From Amphiscolops sp. MND2022 (Eukaryota), in the NCBI GenBank assembly GCA_964187785.1, contig OZ076413.1:45200001-45264000 (forward strand): DNA of 64,000 nt. The letters run 5' to 3'. The notes beneath the pieces were generated by a model, which saw only the letters and a list, made by a program, of their open reading frames with translations, was not told where the DNA came from and made no database searches. The position numbers and the translations under genes are program-made. Shown here piece after piece: positions 26,601-35,579 of the stretch. Numbering within the stretch: position 1 is the first letter of the stretch; the number at the start of each line of letters is the position of its first letter.

Positions 26601-29020
26601 AATCGGTGATGAGGTTTTCCGCAACCATTGACGTCACAGAGTCTACCAGAGCAATTTCTCATCTGATGTGCGTCTGACAAACATTTGAAGCACAATTTCA
26701 ACTCTTTCGCCTTTTGTCCTCTTTCTTCGACGTTCATCTTCTTGAACTTCTCACATTTCCATATTGGATGTTTGCCATCTTTCAGCGCACACTCTCGCTG
26801 GTATTTCGAGTTGTCACTGGCTGTGTTTGTTGTTGACGTTGCAAACGTGGAGCCTTTTGCCTTTTCTTTGTAGCTCGACTTCGCGCGATCAGCATTCGGG
26901 TTTGAAGACAAAAGCAATTCATCCTGCACATCTGCTATATCATTGAGCCATTCACTGAACACAGCGAGTCCAGGTTGATACAGGTTCATTTGCCTCACAT
27001 GAGTGAGCCACTTCGTTTTCATGTCTAGCGTTAACTTCCTTGTGGCACTGCCCAGAACTCCTTCTGAGTTTAGGTCTCCCACGTAGTTGAATTGTGTCAA
27101 AACATTCACGCAACTCGACACTATTCTCGCAAACTTGATCAATGCGGCTCCATCATACGGTTTCATCGGTGGAAAGGAGTATATTCGCTTCAGCTGAGCA
27201 TTCACAACCATTTGAGGTTTTCCAAAGTTTCGAACTAGAACGTTCCACGCCACATTGTACATCTCAGCGGTATACCCAAGGCCAGCAATCGCCTCTTTGG
27301 CTTTGCCCGTTACCATTGTTTTTAGGTGATTCATCTTTACACTGTCGTCTATGTTTGCTGCGTGGACGGTTGCTTGAAACAGTTGTGACCACTCTGGCCA
27401 CTCTAATGGGTCACCTGAAAACTCTGTCAGCTTCAGTTTTGGCAAGCTGGATCTGATGAAATAGTCATCTCTTGCATTTGACACTATGTTATGCCCTTGA
27501 CGAGGCAGATACGGCTTCTGCGTGTTCGCAAGCTGTGGTACTTGAAATGCACCACTCGGAATGCCTCCAAACTTAGGTGGTAACCGATTCTGGTCTGCAC
27601 TGAGAGTCATCGACGGCTTCGATGAGGCGAATTTCACTTCTGGTTGTGCTGTTGCTCTTTGACTGCCCACATCTATGACAGTCTTTGTTCTGTCCTTTCC
27701 AATATCTCGCAGAGCGGTCTCTGTGGATATGACCGGTTTCAATGAGGACTTCAAGTCCCTCACTTGCGAGGAGCGTTGTCCTCCTTGCATCGATTGTCCT
27801 GTAGTCACTGGTGCTGAGACGGACGTTTGCTGGTATACAGATGGCACGTTAATCGGCGATGCCACGTTTTCAGCTTCTTCGGTCTTGTCCATCCAATCTG
27901 AGACTTTCGTCAGATTATCGTCTGGAGTCTCGACTGGTGAGATACTTCTGAAACTAGACCCACAACTACTCGGAACTTTCGCCATCTCTATTTCCTTTTC
28001 AGCAATTCTGGCCCTGCGGGCCACCTCTTTTTGCAAGTCTGCTATCTCCTTTTCTTTCGCCTCTCGTTCCAGTTGTTTTGCTTCTCGTTCCAGTTTCTCC
28101 AGGCGCTTTTGAAGTTCTTCGTGCTCTTTCAGAGCTTTCAGTTCTAAATGCATAATTCGTCTTGCACTTGATGTTTTTGAAATCACTGAGGTTTTGTTGC
28201 TTTTGGCTCTTTCACTTCGCAAATGTATGCTCAATTCTTCTATTGGCAATGATCTAGCTCCATTTCTTGGCTCTTGACTGTCATCCGCGTTGTGACCATC
28301 ATGTTCGTTTTGCTCATCGTCTGGTTGCGGCTCCTTTTGTGGTGAAGTGCCATTTTTACTTGATTTGTCTGCGGCTACGCTTGCGCGAACGTCTGCTAGT
28401 CTTTGTTCTGCGTCTTCAAGGCTTCGCAAAATGGCTCCAGTTTCTCTTGACTTCAGGAGAGCTTCAATTTTCAGTTTGAGGTCAGACCTCTCTTGAAGCA
28501 ATTCCTGACATGCTGCTGCATAATCTTCTTCGGCGTCCTCGCCGTTTTCAATTCGTTCGTCGCGCGACTTTTCGTTGTGGGCGATTCTTTCATCAATAGC
28601 ACGTTTCTTCTCTTCAAGATCCAAATAGTTTAGTATCTGATTTTCATCTTGCAATGCTGACATCAGTATTATCACCCTTCCAGTGTTAGAGTCTTGTCGC
28701 TGCAACTCAACAAATCGGCTCTTCATCGCTTGGATCACTGTTGAGAACATTTCGGGTATCTGGGGTTGGTACTTGATTTTGATTGCATTTTGGATTGCCT
28801 TAAAGAGTCGTTCTCGCCTGTTTATGACATCTATTCGTCGTAACAGTAGCTCTGCTATCTGTTTGTTGTCATCATTCCTAGCTAGGTTTTCATCAATTGC
28901 TCTGATCGTCTTGCCGTGCTCGCAAGCTGCATTCCAATGACTCACAATTTGGGCCGCGTCTGCAGAGTTCTTCAGAAAGTTTTCAACTTTGTTGATATCA
29001 AACTGTTTTGGTTGAGCCAT
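23576..29020 (-). CDS. BEL/Pao Gag-Pol polyprotein (coiled coil, DUF1759-like Gag, Cys/His knuckles, protease, RT, RNase H, IN zinc finger)
   Basis: 1814-aa ORF: LPKLKLTEFSGDP; CFKCL..H...C and CDVNGCGKPHHRLLH; ALCDSGA; KVRRVCNAA; FYMDD; LHIFADAS; WTDS; NPADIGTRG; H..GT...CVKC. Confidence 0.95.
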   Translation of the reverse strand: MAQPKQFDINKVENFLKNSADAAQIVSHWNAACEHGKTIRAIDENLARNDDNKQIAELLLRRIDVINRRERLFKAIQNAIKIKYQPQIPEMFSTVIQAMKSRFVELQRQDSNTGRVIILMSALQDENQILNYLDLEEKKRAIDERIAHNEKSRDERIENGEDAEEDYAAACQELLQERSDLKLKIEALLKSRETGAILRSLEDAEQRLADVRASVAADKSSKNGTSPQKEPQPDDEQNEHDGHNADDSQEPRNGARSLPIEELSIHLRSERAKSNKTSVISKTSSARRIMHLELKALKEHEELQKRLEKLEREAKQLEREAKEKEIADLQKEVARRARIAEKEIEMAKVPSSCGSSFRSISPVETPDDNLTKVSDWMDKTEEAENVASPINVPSVYQQTSVSAPVTTGQSMQGGQRSSQVRDLKSSLKPVISTETALRDIGKDRTKTVIDVGSQRATAQPEVKFASSKPSMTLSADQNRLPPKFGGIPSGAFQVPQLANTQKPYLPRQGHNIVSNARDDYFIRSSLPKLKLTEFSGDPLEWPEWSQLFQATVHAANIDDSVKMNHLKTMVTGKAKEAIAGLGYTAEMYNVAWNVLVRNFGKPQMVVNAQLKRIYSFPPMKPYDGAALIKFARIVSSCVNVLTQFNYVGDLNSEGVLGSATRKLTLDMKTKWLTHVRQMNLYQPGLAVFSEWLNDIADVQDELLLSSNPNADRAKSSYKEKAKGSTFATSTTNTASDNSKYQRECALKDGKHPIWKCEKFKKMNVEERGQKAKELKLCFKCLSDAHQMRNCSGRLCDVNGCGKPHHRLLHRPYKNVEQKKNVENVQEVSNLSSMRSSGVLSVIPVLIESGSKNVKTFALCDSGASLSFVDESLMKALNLTGQPLDLNVAGIHGTSDISSKRLRVKIGDKDGKVKEDIMAYSHPNVNAGNRTYNIKKLKEAYPHLSVLRDSTINLGEVKVILGQDCYHLHRAIDNRKCGNAKSWAVRTKLGWMLSGPLPQQETAKRATESLVAAEVDPLADQVKSWWSMESYASNCSVSGRSKEDERALEMLKATTKFDGKRYEVGLLWKNAKPHLPNNYSSAVSQLKSLERRLEKDANLKQRYKETIDVDVQKGFVRILDEAELENTKSDLQWYVPHLPVLNPNKPDKVRRVCNAASKFGGVSLNDNLMAGPDLLQSLIGIIFRFREKEIALTADVEVMFLQVKVPHTDCKVLRFLWRENHTEPISVYEYGRHIFGAKSSPTCVNYALQQVGRDSRDGNGMVANLINRNFYMDDFVKSVASEEEAAEVYKCLRKSLADGGFQLTKWICNSEKVMEEISPEDRSVALSKTFEAEPLAPSILGLQWNVESDSLEICRGTGKEVPAKITQRIVLSHVSSVFDPLGLFSPFTVRMRLLLKGIWKKHGQSWDEELSPEDGIAFKDWASELNHMNEMAIRRTYLSKNAEVVDLHIFADASLEATCIVAYFRDQQTGELAYVVGKCRVAPMKQQSIPRIELQAAMYGTRLKQLIVDEHDIQIERTFFWTDSTTVLQWLHGADKKQPVFVANRVAEILDSSTIDQWRYVEGTVNPADIGTRGKSVHELEKSEWFTGPAWLREKEDAWPQTSPQLFQQKTEDIEQVFEVVPEEKNIDWEKFGSFRRMTRIFAYCLRFKSKIKGKVVITEEMQQVIRLLLRKSQMESFGPTYQALAAGKPMAASDHLNKLSPFMEDQNLMRLKGRLRHADASYEMKHPILLSAKHPIVRKLIEDAHESNYHEGTEYVRSILQQNYWIIGLRNALRNVKLKCVKCRKQQVGGVQPFMADLPKERLEERVFPLPILE

Positions 29021-29053
29021 TTCTTCTCTTCTTGATTGAACTCAGTTCCCAAA

Positions 29054-29250
29054 GTCACAATAGCCCAAACTCCCAGAGACACAATAGCCCAATCTCCCAG
29101 AGACACAGTAGCCGAATCTCCCAGAGACACAATAGCCCAATCTCCCAGAGACACAGTAGCCCAATCTCCCAGAGACACAGTAGCTCAATCTCCCAGAGAC
29201 ACAATAGCCCAATCTCCCAGAGACACAGTAGCCCAATCTCCCAGAGACAC
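29054..29250. repeat. 24-bp tandem repeat (~8 copies) in the BEL 5' leader
   Basis: Unit ACA(A/G)TAGCCCAATCTCCCAGAGAC. Confidence 0.92.
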
Positions 29251-29383
29251 AAAATCAGCAACTCCAAGATCCAGACACTTGTTCTTCTTGGGCAATCTTC
29301 TCAGTTGTCCACCAACGAGTCGTCTTCTTCTTCTAGTCCGGGTCGTCCACCAACGAGGTGTCCGGGTCGTCCACCAACGAGTT

Positions 29384-29401
29384 GTCCGGGTCGGCGGACC
29401 A
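29384..29401 (-). other. BEL primer-binding site (TGGTCCGCCGACCCGGAC), tRNA-Tyr-like
   Basis: TGG 2 nt after the 5' LTR on the minus strand; resembles the TGGTCCTTCGAGCCGG tRNA-Tyr PBS common in BEL/Pao elements. Confidence 0.6.
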
Positions 29402-29403
29402 AA

Positions 29404-30355
29404 TGTAACGGCTGCTTGCCTTTATCCTGCGCTGAGGCTTGACAAGCGTTACGCCGCCCTGATCCGTTGCTTAGTGCTGTGGACCGTCACTAAACAATTC
29501 CTGGTTTCTTGTTTTAAAGGACTGTATCTTTAGACTGGTGGGTCCGATGTGACCCGTGGAATCTCCTGCGATCCCTCTTTGCACTGAATTGGATCCGATG
29601 TGATCCTGCACACACTTCCCTCACAGTATCTTCACGCGCTCCGGCTCTCCAACTATGAGAGTAGCTACTTAGTCGCTCTGACTCTAGCGAAAAGTTGCGA
29701 AGATTGAGAAGTTGATTAATTAGTCTCTTGGTCCTAAGACCCAACTTGACTATAGCTATACAGTGGAGAAAATCTCTATCTAATAATGGTATACATATCG
29801 TTTACAATTCTACAGTAAATATAAGCAAATATCAGTTGAAATATGTTGTATAAATACATGACATTTAAAGCATAAAATGAAGTTATTGGCTAAGTAAACA
29901 AACGATGTGGTGGTTTTGGCATGTTGGTCAGGTGGGGTAAAAGGTATGTTTACACAATGTAAATATCATTAATTTCAACAGAGTTACATTTCCTTCAAGG
30001 TCATATGAGAAAATAACATAATAATTAATACATCAAAATTGGGTAATTCATGGGGTCCGACCTAGGTCACTTTGGGTGTTAATTGCTCGGAACCCAGAGA
30101 AGATACGGGGTTCGGTGTTTCGAGTGAAAAGTTAGCGTAGCACCACTACTATACGTGTGCCAAGTTTCAAGGTGATTGAATGAGTGGTTTACCGGGACGG
30201 GGGGGGGTGGCCCTTTTTTACATAGGGTCATTTTTGCTTAGACTTGTATTTTTCCAACTTAAATCTTGATAAAGTTTCTAAGTGTTTTGAGTTATAAGTT
30301 TCATCAGTCACGTTCGAGTTTGAGTTTCTGATCTCGCAATTGACTGGCGCCAACA
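29404..30355 (-). repeat. 5' LTR of BEL/Pao element (952 bp)
   Basis: Direct repeat of 21723-22671. Confidence 0.95.
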
Positions 30356-30360
30356 TTGAC

Positions 30361-33300
30361 CAATAAAAACGACTCACATACTACAAACACACAAACTACG
30401 ACACCTGACAACCCCACTGAGGATCTATATGACTTACTTATGGATGCCCCAGATAACTACATACTGCGTCAAACACTCGAACCTGAATTTGAGCTAGAAA
30501 CACAAAATCAACACCCTACCTCCCCACATACTCAAGAAACACAAACCGAACACACAAACACAAAATCCACATCAACAACTCAAACTGATGACGAACCCAT
30601 GTCAGGATTAACAAAAACCCTTTTTAATGCATCACCTGGAAAACAACCCCTCCTTGACAACGATGTTTTCAATCATCTAACTAGAGATGACGGTAACGAC
30701 ATCATGTACTTAAACCTCTCAACAAATCTAACCCTCAAGAAGAAACGTCATATGCCATCCAGGGTGAGTTTTTCGAAATCCATGGGGAAGTAATACAGTG
30801 TATTACTTCCCCATGGATTTCGAAAAACTCACCCTGGATGGACTCATTGATACAGGCGCCCTCACCAGCGCCATCTCTGAAGCAGATCTCAACAAAATCA
30901 AACTCCTATCAAATGAAGCAATCAAAGACACTGGCCCAGCACCAAATTTCCAAATTATGGTGGCGAATGGTCAACTCGAACGCCCTATTGGAACAGTCCT
31001 TCTCGAATTCGAGGTAACAGATTTCCATTTCCAAGAAAATTTCATAGTAATGAAGACACTCCCAAACCCACTCATTGGCCTGTGCTTCTTACAAAGACAC
31101 AACGCTCTTTTCGACATCCGACAAGGAATCATAACATTCCCATACTTGTCAATGCAATTACGTCCAGAACACACAACAAACATCCGAGCAGCAACACCTT
31201 TGCTGACTGAAACTACTTATACCTTACAACCTGGAGAAACTCTTGCAATCTCCAGTAAAATGCCACACTTGTTGGACCACAATGCAACAGGAATCGTGAC
31301 TCCATCACCACACATGGAGGAACATGAGAGCATTTTCATCACCTCATCATTAAGTACAGTTAACAATAACGCAGTGGGCTACCAAGTGATTAATTTCTCG
31401 GATATGCCGTACACCCTTCCAGTGGACACACACATGGCAGATTTCCGAGTACTCACCCCAGAACAAATCAAACACATCAAACCCGTTGATGCATCAACCC
31501 TCACCTTCATGATGCATCAACATACAGAGAACACTGACCTATACCTTAACCAACTGTTGAAAACAAAGCAATCATCTGATGAACAAGAAACGTACTGGTT
31601 CCCGACACCCGAACAACCCGGGGATCCAGAAACGTACACACCCATACAAAAACGAATTTATGATGAACTAATGGAACTCAAACAACTCGAACAGCTAAAC
31701 AATAATGATATTGCAGAAGCAAGAAAACAATTTCTTGATCATTTCGATTGGACGGACACCACACTCAGCCCTTTCGAAAAACAGCACATTGAAGATATTC
31801 TCGTACAATATCACGATATCTTCGCCAGACACCGTTTCGACATTGGCACTAACAGAGAATTTAAGGTTAAATTGACGCCCTAATGATGACAGACCAGCCT
31901 ACAGCCAAAGTCTTCCTACCCCAATCAACCTCAAGGATGATATCACTGTTGAACTGGCTCTACTCCATCGTTACGGCATCATAACGACCTTACCCTTCTC
32001 TAAATACGCAAGCCCAATTTTTGCCCCGCGAAAACCAAACGGACGTCTTCGCCTCTTGGTGGATCTGCGCAAAATTAACAACCTCATTTCACAAGATTAT
32101 GTAAACAACAATCACCCAGTTAGCACACTATCAGATGCAGCACAGCACATGGCTGGGAAAACGCTCTTTTGCAAACTCGACTGCTCCCAAGCATACCATT
32201 GTTTGCAGATGGCAGACTACCAGTCAATTCAAATGCTAGCCTTCAATTTTGCAAGCCGAACGTTCGCATACCGACGTCTAGCCCAGGGTCTTAGCCGTTC
32301 ATTGTCTGCTTTCTCATCTTTTATGAGAGAATATTTAGACAAAGCTATCAAAGCCGACCAATGCGCCCAATACGTTGATGACATCGGCATAGCAGCAAAC
32401 GATTCAACCCAACTGTGCATCAACATCAAAACAGTTTTCGAATGCATTAGAAAAGCAGGCCTCAAACTCACGATGGCTAAATGCCATTTTGGGGTCAAAC
32501 AAGTCGACTTTTTGGGTCGAACAATCACCCCACAAGGAGTTTCTCCACAAACAGAAAAAGTCAAACAGTTCCTACAGAAACTCAAATTTCCGAAATCCAA
32601 AAAAGCCCTCCAAAGGTACATCGGGTTTCTTAACTACTACAGAAACTACATTCCTCGCTTGTCAGAAAAGCTTTCGCCTTTCTTCAAACTACTCAAAGAA
32701 ACATCGCAGTTTTCCATACCAAACACGGTATTGGATACTTTCAACGAATTAAACCAACAATTGGAAAGATCATGCACTCTTGCACTCAAACAACCCATCA
32801 GCAACAAACAACTCATCCTGATGACTGACGCTAGCTTTACAGCAGCCGGTTATGCCATCATGATTGAGGATGACCCCAACCAAAAACTTCAATCCCGAAG
32901 GAAAACTTATGCCCCAATCGCGTTTGGGTCAAAAACATTTAACCCAACACAACTCAAAATGTCAATATATGCAAAAGAATTCTTAGCAATTTATTTTGCA
33001 TTCTCCGAATTCGGACACCTCATGTGGGGAAGCGTCTTTCCTGTTATCGTTTTTACAGATAACCGCTCTGTAACTCGCTTCTTCCAAACTAAAATAATAC
33101 CTCCACCACTCTGGAACGCATGTGACTATGTACTTCAGTACAATTTTGTCATAGCACATGTAGCAGGAGCTATGAATACTGCTGCTGATTTCCTCTCCAG
33201 AGCAGAAACGAACCCAACTGAAAAACTTGAAATGAATATCCGAAATGACGTTACCACACTAGCAATAGAAGTCAACATCCAGTCCACAGGAGTCGCCGAG

Positions 33301-35280
33301 GAGGAAACCCTCTACCTACTGCCTGAAGAATCCCCCACTGAACAACAATTGTGGGAAGAAAAGGAAACATTGCGGAAAGCAGCAAAAGTAGAGACCCATA
33401 ACGACCCGGAAAACGAGGTTTCAGAACTCCAAAGTTTTCACAGACCCACAGCCGGTACAATTGACTATAGAGAAGGTCACTTCAAAGACAATGCAAAAAT
33501 CCGCCTAGAACAAAACAATGATCAAGTACTACGAAACCTTCGATACAAAATTGAAGGCGAACCATATGACGAAACAGAATTCACCCAAGATTATCGATAC
33601 AAACATTACCTACAAAATATAATGAGAATCGAAATCCGACAGGATGTCCTAACAAGAAAATACTACAACGACACAGGTATGATATCACATTACCAAATCC
33701 TTTTACGCAAACAACTCCTAGACGAATTCCTACATGCTCTCCATGGGCATAATGCAAACCACCCAGGCATCACAAAGATGATCCAAGAAGCACGACAAAA
33801 ATACTACTACCCATGCATTGCCAAATACATTCGAACTTGGGTCACGAAATGCCAAATGTGCATACAAAACAAACGGATCAATAATGACCTCCTCAAAACC
33901 GAACTACTTAATTGTCCTGAATGGGACCTAGGTCCTGAGGATATATTGCAAATGGATATTCTCCCGAACCTACCCCCCAGCGGAGGCTATGACAATATAA
34001 TCACAGCAATAGACGTGTTCTCACGCTATTTGTTTGCATATCCAGTTACAAGAATTACTGCCCCAGCAGTAGCAAAGGTTATCATGGACATTTTATGTAA
34101 ACATACATACCTGCCCACAACAATCATCACCGATATGGGAACACAATTCAATTCCCACGTTACAAAAGAAGTAGCTGCAGTCCTAAAAATAGAACTGAAA
34201 CATGCCACAACAAAACACGCCCAAACAATTGGACTGTTAGAACGCACTCATGCATCAGTCAAAACACACCTGAAGGCCGCCACTGGAGAATTCAGGAATA
34301 ATTGGCACAAGTTTCTACCATTGGCAGTCTTAAACCATAATACAACGTACCACGCGACACTTGGTTGCGAACCCACAAGAGTCTTCCACGGACGAATTCC
34401 ACATATTATACTAGATTTTAAACTTGGGTATAACCCAAATCCCCGATATCAGCCCCAAACTGAAGTAGCAGAAGAAGTTCAAAGACGAATTGCACTACTT
34501 CATGATCAAGCGAAGAAAAACATAATGCAATCGTACCTTAAACATAAGGCAAATTACGACAGGAAACCAAAGGCAGCACCTCTCACAACAGAGGACTACT
34601 GTTTCATTCTCAACCCAAAAGCCGACACACAAGCAACAAAAATACCCTTCCGTGAATTCCGCTGGGTTGGCCCTTACAAGGTCGAAAAAGTCCTACCGAA
34701 CAACAACTACATTGTTCGTAGATTAGGCACAAATAAAACTCAACTGTTGCATCGTATTCGACTACGAATATACATCCCGCAAGCTCCTCTAGCAGATAAT
34801 TTCGTCAGGGAAACAGAATGGCAAAAAGAAGATACAATTATTGCCCAAGACGACTTATATGCCCATACTTGGGATACTAATTTGGGAGGAAGTCCATTTG
34901 ATTCAGAGCAGGAAACTCATGATCAACAAGACGACAAAGTTGAATATGAGCATACTTCTCAACCTGAAATATACCGCCCACCCGCCCGCGATAACTTCAA
35001 AAACAGTGGGGGGACCCCAGCAGAACAACCTGCTGTGAATGACGAAGAACCCCAAATACTAGAAAATACCCCTTCAGACGCTGAAAATCATGAATCCATT
35101 CCAGAAAATTCAAGAAATCCAGAAACTTCCCAAGAAACCCCAACCCAAAATCCACCAAAAACTCCCGAAAATAACCCAGAAAGTGATGCACAAGATACAG
35201 AAGTTATTAATACAAGGGGTGAAAAATACAACTTACGCCCAAACCCTAACCCCAACTACTCAGACTCATACAGATATTAA
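30361..35280 (+). pseudogene. pol: Pol of Gypsy element 1 (aspartic protease, dUTPase-like linker, RT, RNase H, integrase with GPY/F); disrupted
   Basis: LIDTGA; LVDLRKIN, KLDCSQAY, QYVDD; MTDAS, KEFLA, FTDN; HPGITK..CQMC, LQMDIL, TDMGTQF, GLLERTH, WVGPYKV. Broken by an inverted duplication at 30755-30800 and a +1 frameshift near 31880. Confidence 0.95.
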
Positions 35281-35579
35281 AAGACAAATCAAGAGACTCC
35301 AAAAACTTTAACTAAACATAAGTCTCATTCATCTTTTTTTGTCAATCTTCATTCGTTTTCTTTTCACTGACGTTCCCTTACTGACATTTAATTTACCCAA
35401 CCAAAGTTGGAGAGTACAAACTGAAGCTACGTCACAACAAAAACACCAAACCAGGTGTAATCAACCTGATTTTGGGGAATAAATAATGTACAAATCAGAG
35501 AAGACATGGAATAAATACGGAGTAAATAAACACAACACAAATTTTAAACAAATCTAAAAGAAAGTTGAAAACAGGTATC

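Larger units (their letters stand above)
21723..30355 (-). mobile_element. BEL/Pao LTR retrotransposon nested in element 1 between gag and protease
   Basis: LTRs 21723-22671 and 29404-30355 (TGT...ACA); TSD TTGAC at 21718-21722 and 30356-30360; single gag-pol with Pao-type motifs. Confidence 0.97.

Noticed and set aside
23645..28940. Plus-strand ORFs opposite the BEL polyprotein (and similar shadows opposite other long ORFs)
   Set aside because: Antisense shadows of coding sequence with no recognisable motifs.
28972..29533. Overlapping repeat-peptide ORFs (SPRDTVAQ etc.)
   Set aside because: Produced by the 24-bp repeat being open in several frames; it is non-coding leader.
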